A DNA stretch of 23,759 nucleotides, taken from contig JBFMBF010000018.1 of NCBI GenBank assembly GCA_040755315.1, positions 1 through 23,759 of the forward strand, written 5' to 3'. Below the pieces are notes generated by a model. It was not told where the DNA came from and made no database searches. It saw only the letters and a list, made by a program, of their open reading frames with translations. Made by a program: the position numbers and the translations under genes. This document shows positions 19,280 to 23,759 of the stretch, one piece after another. Origin of the DNA: Candidatus Hadarchaeota archaeon (GTDB taxonomy: Archaea > Hadarchaeota > Hadarchaeia > Hadarchaeales > Hadarchaeaceae). The stretch's first letter is position 1, and every line of letters begins with the position of its first letter.

Positions 19280-20806
19280 TTACGCTTTGACAGGCTCCCC
19301 AGCCGACTCGAAAGAAATCTTGCCACAGATGAGCGAATTTATTGTTTCTGGAAGTTTTTTGGCCGGAAGTCTGACCTGCGCCGTCGTGTCCCTTTCTCTC
19401 AGAGTGACGGTGTCGTCCTCCAGCGTTCTGTAGTCCACCGTCACGCAATATGGGGTTCCGACCTCGTCTGCGCGGAGGTAGCGTCGCCCTATCGAACCTG
19501 AATCATCGTATCCCACCACCAGCCCCTCACACCTCAGCATCCCGCAGAGTTCTGAAGCCTTCTCAGGCAGGCCGTCCTTGTTCTGCAGAGGAAAAACCCC
19601 GGCTTGCACAGGAGCCATGCCCTTCTTCAGCTTCAGATAACTGCGCTTACCGTCCGAGAAGTAGGCGTGCTCGAGAAGGCAGTAGAACGGGCGGTCGATT
19701 CCATATGAAGGCTCGACGACATGGCAGACGACCTTCTTCCCGCCGGCAAATGCCGTCAGGTCCTCGCCGCTCTGCTGGATGTGCCTAGAGAGGTCGTAGT
19801 CTGTCCGGTAGGCTATCCCCGTCACCTCTATCCAGCCGAACCTCTTTGTCATTATCTCCGCGTCCCAGGTCTCGCTAGAGTAGTGCGACCTCTGGCCCGC
19901 CCCCTGCTCCCTGAACCTGATGGCCTCGGCCGGGATGCCGAGCTCCTGGATGAAAATCTTGGTCAACGCCATGTAGTAGGCCATGAGCTGGTTGCATATC
20001 ATCTTTTTTTCCACGGCTTCCCCGGCCGCGACTTCGATGAAATTCTCTTTTCCATCGGCCTGGTCCTCAGCCTGCCAGAGCCTGAGCTTCTCCCCGGCCA
20101 TCCTCTCGAAGTTCGGGTGGCGCGGGTCCTCTGGGTCGAAGAAAACCTCGGCCTCGGCCATCGTGAACTCTCTCAACCTTATCATGCCCTGCCTTGGAGA
20201 AATCTCGTTCCTGTAACCCTTTCCAATCTGGACGACGCCGAATGGCAAACGCCCGCGGGCGAGGCGCTGGAGCCTCTTGAAGTTTATGAATATCCCCTGC
20301 GCCGTCTCGGGCCTCAGGTAGCCGACCCTCTTGCTCCCAGGGCCTATCGCAGTCTTGAACATCGCGTTGAAGTCGAAGATTTCACCTAGCCCGCCGCCGC
20401 ACTCCTGGCACTTGACGCCGCGCTCTCTTATGAACTTGTTCATTTCCTCCCTGCCCATGCCCTCGATGTCCTTCCCCGTTTCCTCCTTTGCGATGTCCGT
20501 AGCCTTGAAAGCCGCGCCGCACTTCTTGCACTCGACCATGGCGTCGACGAAATGCTCGACGTGGCCGCTGGCCTTCAGCACTTCCTCCGGCGTGACGGTC
20601 GGGGAGTCGACCTCAAGGAAGCCTTCGCCCAGCACATAGAGGCTGCGCCACTTTTCTATTATCTTGTTCTTCAGGGCGGCCCCCAGGGGACCATAGTCAT
20701 AAAATCCTCCGAGGCCTCCGTAAATCTCGAAGGCAGGCCAGATGAAGCCGCGCCTGAGAGCAAGCTCCATGACATCCTGCTGTTTCACCTTTACACCAAA
20801 ACCCAA
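19280..20806 (-). CDS. glyS: Glycine--tRNA ligase (alpha2, archaeal/eukaryotic type)
   Basis: RRGF.WPAFEIYGG..GFYDYGPLG, YLRPETAQG, RNEISPRQG..RLREF, EPSYGIDR and SGSIGRRY.RADE.GTP; true start may be GTG 20788. Confidence 0.97.
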   Translation of the reverse strand: MGFGVKVKQQDVMELALRRGFIWPAFEIYGGLGGFYDYGPLGAALKNKIIEKWRSLYVLGEGFLEVDSPTVTPEEVLKASGHVEHFVDAMVECKKCGAAFKATDIAKEETGKDIEGMGREEMNKFIRERGVKCQECGGGLGEIFDFNAMFKTAIGPGSKRVGYLRPETAQGIFINFKRLQRLARGRLPFGVVQIGKGYRNEISPRQGMIRLREFTMAEAEVFFDPEDPRHPNFERMAGEKLRLWQAEDQADGKENFIEVAAGEAVEKKMICNQLMAYYMALTKIFIQELGIPAEAIRFREQGAGQRSHYSSETWDAEIMTKRFGWIEVTGIAYRTDYDLSRHIQQSGEDLTAFAGGKKVVCHVVEPSYGIDRPFYCLLEHAYFSDGKRSYLKLKKGMAPVQAGVFPLQNKDGLPEKASELCGMLRCEGLVVGYDDSGSIGRRYLRADEVGTPYCVTVDYRTLEDDTVTLRERDTTAQVRLPAKKLPETINSLICGKISFESAGEPVKA

Positions 20807-20846
20807 CTGTTCTCGGACGATAAAAACTATCGTGCGCTTGCCTTGG

Positions 20847-21201
20847 ATGACATAGCTATGTCATGACATAGCTGTATCACTCTCGGGATGGTGACATAGC
20901 TGTATCACTCGCAAACCACTCGCTTTTCCAGCACCAGCGCTTTTCCGCCAGCAGATTTAATTGAGCTTGCCAGACCCCGCATGTGCTCCAACTTGGTGTG
21001 CTCCCATACCGACTGCTGCAACTTTATGGCTCGAAACTTTCGCAAGCGTCTGCATACCTTTAGCCTAGTCGCGTTGTCCAACTCTTTGATGTCGTAAATT
21101 ATCAGGTACGACATAGCTGTGTCACCCGCCAAGCGTTTGCGTGGGGGCACCTTATAAACGAGAAAAATAGCGCAAATTTTAAGGTGACATAGCTGTGTCA
21201 C
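20847..21201. repeat. Five co-oriented copies of an 18-bp near-palindrome (R/A)YGACATAGCTRTRTCAY
   Basis: 20847-20864 ATGACATAGCTATGTCAT (perfect palindrome); 20863-20880 ATGACATAGCTGTATCAC; 20891-20908 GTGACATAGCTGTATCAC; 21108-21125 ACGACATAGCTGTGTCAC; 21184-21201 GTGACATAGCTGTGTCAC. Confidence 0.93.
20905..21114 (-). CDS. Stand-alone Cas2/VapD/PaaX-ChrB_N-like ferredoxin-fold protein (69 aa)
   Basis: MSYLIIYDI...RLKVCRRLRK..AIKLQQSVWE...LA..I..AGGKA.VLE; ATG follows a GGGTGA SD; TTTATAA box at ~21152-21158. Confidence 0.75.
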   Translation of the reverse strand: MSYLIIYDIKELDNATRLKVCRRLRKFRAIKLQQSVWEHTKLEHMRGLASSIKSAGGKALVLEKRVVCE

Positions 21202-21248
21202 TTCCAATTTCCTGAAAAACGCGGCGATAAAAGGGGCTGCGCCAAAAC

Positions 21249-22085
21249 TCACTCAAGCAGGACGTGGAGAAGGTCAACGTCCCTGACGACGCCAATCAGC
21301 TTCTCTTCGGCTGAAAGAACGGGTGTCTGCTCGGCCTTCTGTTGCTTCATGAGCTGCGCGGCCTTGCTCACGCCGGTTTTTTTAGTTATCGTAACCAGGT
21401 CCTTTTTCATTATCTCCTTTACCGGCTTTTCCGGCACCTTGATCTGGCTCTTCGTGATGTATATGCGGACCTCGCTGTCCCATGTCCAGCTGTCCCCCTC
21501 GCTCCTCCCTGACATTTGGCTCATCTTGGACCCCACCTCTACATCACTGACCTTGATGATGTCCTCGTCGCCAATTGTCCCGACCAGCTTGCCGTTCTCG
21601 TCAATCACTGGGACGACGTGGAACCCTGACAGCTCCATGAGTTGTAGAGCCGCCTTCAAAGGCGTCCCGTCCCACACGGCTATGACGTGGGGGCGCATGT
21701 ATTCGGCCGCAGGTTTCTCGGCTCCAATCTCGGCAATAGCCCGGTAGACTATGTCCCTGACAGTGATTATCCCGGCGAGCTTCCCGTCCTGCAAAACCGG
21801 CAGCCTCCTTGCTCTAGATTTCAGAAAGATATCCGCCGCCGCCTTTATGTCGTCGTCTAGCCTGACCGTTGGAACATCCCTGTCGACAAGCATCGCCAGC
21901 TGATCCTCGTCCGGCTTCTCGAAGAGCCTCCGGGTCGTGACCATACCCACGAGCTCCTCCGTCCCCTTCTTCACGACCGGGACAGCGCTGGCCTTGAGCT
22001 TCCTGAGTAGCTCCATGGCGTCGACCCTGGAGCCGGGTATTTCCACCCACTTCACCTCTTTGGTCATCACGTCTTTGACTTTCAT
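21249..22085 (-). CDS. CBS domain protein (two CBS pairs)
   Basis: VKDVMT, RRLPVL..GKLAGIIT.RD, VPVID.NGKLVG and VKEIM repeats. Confidence 0.92.
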   Translation of the reverse strand: MKVKDVMTKEVKWVEIPGSRVDAMELLRKLKASAVPVVKKGTEELVGMVTTRRLFEKPDEDQLAMLVDRDVPTVRLDDDIKAAADIFLKSRARRLPVLQDGKLAGIITVRDIVYRAIAEIGAEKPAAEYMRPHVIAVWDGTPLKAALQLMELSGFHVVPVIDENGKLVGTIGDEDIIKVSDVEVGSKMSQMSGRSEGDSWTWDSEVRIYITKSQIKVPEKPVKEIMKKDLVTITKKTGVSKAAQLMKQQKAEQTPVLSAEEKLIGVVRDVDLLHVLLE

Positions 22086-22185
22086 CCTTTCATCCTAAAG
22101 TGTCCGGGTTAGTCCCTAAAACACCAGTTCTTATTCTGGTTGTCCATGTTATTAATTATTCTCCTTTTGCAGTCCAATGTACTAT

Positions 22186-22518
22186 TTAGCGCGGCCGTCG
22201 CTCGCGCTGGAGTTCCACAATGTCTTCCGCGCCGTCCAAGACTAGATCAACCAGAGCAAGATAAACGGTGGCGCTCGGCACCGCCGCATTGTAAACCAAT
22301 ACCCAAAGGAGGAACGGCAGGTGGTCAAAAATCGGGTACCCCAGTGATTTTCGCCCGCGCACAATCTTGTGGAGATCGGCCAAATCCTTCACGAAAAAAA
22401 GCGCGACCGCAAGAAGCGGCCCATTTGGAACGCCCACCAAAAGCTGAAATAAAATCCATCCCCATACAAAACCAATGGCATACGCAGCAATTTTAATTTT
22501 GTTCATGTTGTCGCCCAA
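22186..22518 (-). CDS. Small hypothetical membrane protein
   Basis: Several hydrophobic segments; directly downstream of and co-directional with the amidohydrolase gene. Confidence 0.6.
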   Translation of the reverse strand: MGDNMNKIKIAAYAIGFVWGWILFQLLVGVPNGPLLAVALFFVKDLADLHKIVRGRKSLGYPIFDHLPFLLWVLVYNAAVPSATVYLALVDLVLDGAEDIVELQRERRPR

Positions 22519-22524
22519 AGCCGC

Positions 22525-23649
22525 TCACCGAAAGCCCGCAATCACTGCCCGGACATTTTCTGCGCGCGCCCTGTTGACAATCCCTGAGAAAACATCGCGA
22601 ACGTTCGCAAGGTTTTTGCCCCTGGAGATGGCGACAAATGCTGCCGGTTTCCCTTTCTCAACAGGTCCCCACGGAAGCCCAAGCAGCTGGGCCGGCCTCA
22701 AAGTTGCCGAAATCAGCAGCTCCCTGGCCTCATCTCTGCCCGCAGAAGGGTCCGAGCAGCGCAGGATTGCCCAAGCGAAGCGGAGCTCCTCGAACATGTC
22801 TGGCTGGCAGACCATCGCGTTGTCTGTTCCAACGCAAAAAGGAACCCCTAACTCGAGGGCCTTTGCAATCGGCGGAAGTCCAGCGCCGAGCAGGCTGTTC
22901 GCCCTCGGACAGAAGATGACCGGGATGCCGCTTTTCTTCAGGAGTTTCATGTCTTTTTCCGTGGAGTGGGTGACGTGGACGACAAAAGTGGGATTCAGCT
23001 TCAAAGCACTCTCGACTTCCGTCACCCCGGTTTTTTTAACGTGCAACGCTTGGGCCTCTGCCGTTTCCGCCACATGTAAAGCAAAAATCTTCCCGGATTT
23101 TTTTGTCATGCGGCTGGCCTTTGCAAGATTTTTCTGCTCCATGAAATCCAAAGAAGGAAGGCCGAGCCCATCAGCCACAGCCAGAACTTGTTCAATCTCA
23201 TCTAGTGAAGAAGGCCTGCTAAGAATTGAGGATTTCAGTGGCGGCTTTGAAAAACTTCTGAGAATTTTGACCCCCTCAACACCGCCCTCCCTGAAGTCGC
23301 AGTGGGCAAGCGTTCCTGTTTTGAACATGTCTTGAAGGGTGGCCTTGGCGGCGGAGATGAGCGAATTTTTGCCTGCTGACTCGAGCGCTCGGAATTTGAC
23401 TCCTCCCAGCCCAACCACTTCCGGCTGGCTTCTTCCAATGTAGAGCTCCTTGGCGACGGAGTCCATCACGTGTGTATGAGCATTTACGAATGGCGGGATG
23501 ATGAAGCCGTGTTTCAAATTTGTGGCCCTGCCAGAAGGCGACCCCTCAGATATCTCGGTAATCACGCCGTCTTTCACCACAAGGTAGCCCCTAGTGACTT
23601 CCAAATCTTCGCCTTCAAGTATCTCCGCGTTCGCGAACACCTGCCTCAT
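22525..23649 (-). CDS. Amidohydrolase-superfamily metallo-deaminase (cytosine/guanine/SAH deaminase-like)
   Basis: NAHTH, HVAE, VH.TH, CPRAN and GTDN motifs; GGGTGA SD. Confidence 0.9.
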   Translation of the reverse strand: MRQVFANAEILEGEDLEVTRGYLVVKDGVITEISEGSPSGRATNLKHGFIIPPFVNAHTHVMDSVAKELYIGRSQPEVVGLGGVKFRALESAGKNSLISAAKATLQDMFKTGTLAHCDFREGGVEGVKILRSFSKPPLKSSILSRPSSLDEIEQVLAVADGLGLPSLDFMEQKNLAKASRMTKKSGKIFALHVAETAEAQALHVKKTGVTEVESALKLNPTFVVHVTHSTEKDMKLLKKSGIPVIFCPRANSLLGAGLPPIAKALELGVPFCVGTDNAMVCQPDMFEELRFAWAILRCSDPSAGRDEARELLISATLRPAQLLGLPWGPVEKGKPAAFVAISRGKNLANVRDVFSGIVNRARAENVRAVIAGFR

Positions 23650-23759
23650 TTCACCCTGCCATAATCTGCGCGGGGTCTTAAGTCCATAACGTGGTTTTGT
23701 GTTTTCTGAATTCTCTGAAAAATTTGTTATGTGGCAAAACCCGCACGAATTTATTCCTT

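Noticed and set aside
20847..21201. Canonical CRISPR array with cas2
   Set aside because: Repeats are only 18 bp, gaps are irregular (2-bp overlap, 10, 199 and 58 bp), and no cas1 or effector genes are in the window.
21115..21252. N-terminal 46-aa extension of the Cas2-like ORF (115-aa ORF-track version)
   Set aside because: It spans the TATA box and a repeat copy. The Cas2-like pattern begins at MSYLIIYDI, which has its own SD.

Overview
Compact archaeal chromosomal segment. Evidence: nop5-fibrillarin pair, type II Met aminopeptidase, PolB3, archaeal GlyRS, MptE, TATA boxes and GGTGA-type SD motifs. The gene content is euryarchaeal/Hadarchaeota-like, but that assignment is inference only. 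Most genes are housekeeping: gap(class I)-pdxS-MBL hydrolase; nop5-flpA; a truncated Bax-inhibitor/YccA-like gene; map; Tfx-like regulator; polB; a coupled operon of split MetE (two halves), transglutaminase-like protein with pseudomurein-binding-like repeats, JAMM protein, MptE and a membrane protein; two winged-helix genes with an AT-rich patch; class III aminotransferase and AEC transporter; glyS; CBS protein; amidohydrolase. Three parts are unexplained. (1) A 69-aa stand-alone Cas2/VapD/ChrB_N-like gene (20905-21114) lies among five copies of an 18-bp near-palindrome that supply its start and stop codons. (2) One or two structured ncRNA candidates sit in the 410-bp polB/metE intergenic region. 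(3) A repeated AAGGTAAC box array lies between the two wHTH genes. All family calls come from reading motifs by eye; no database search was run.
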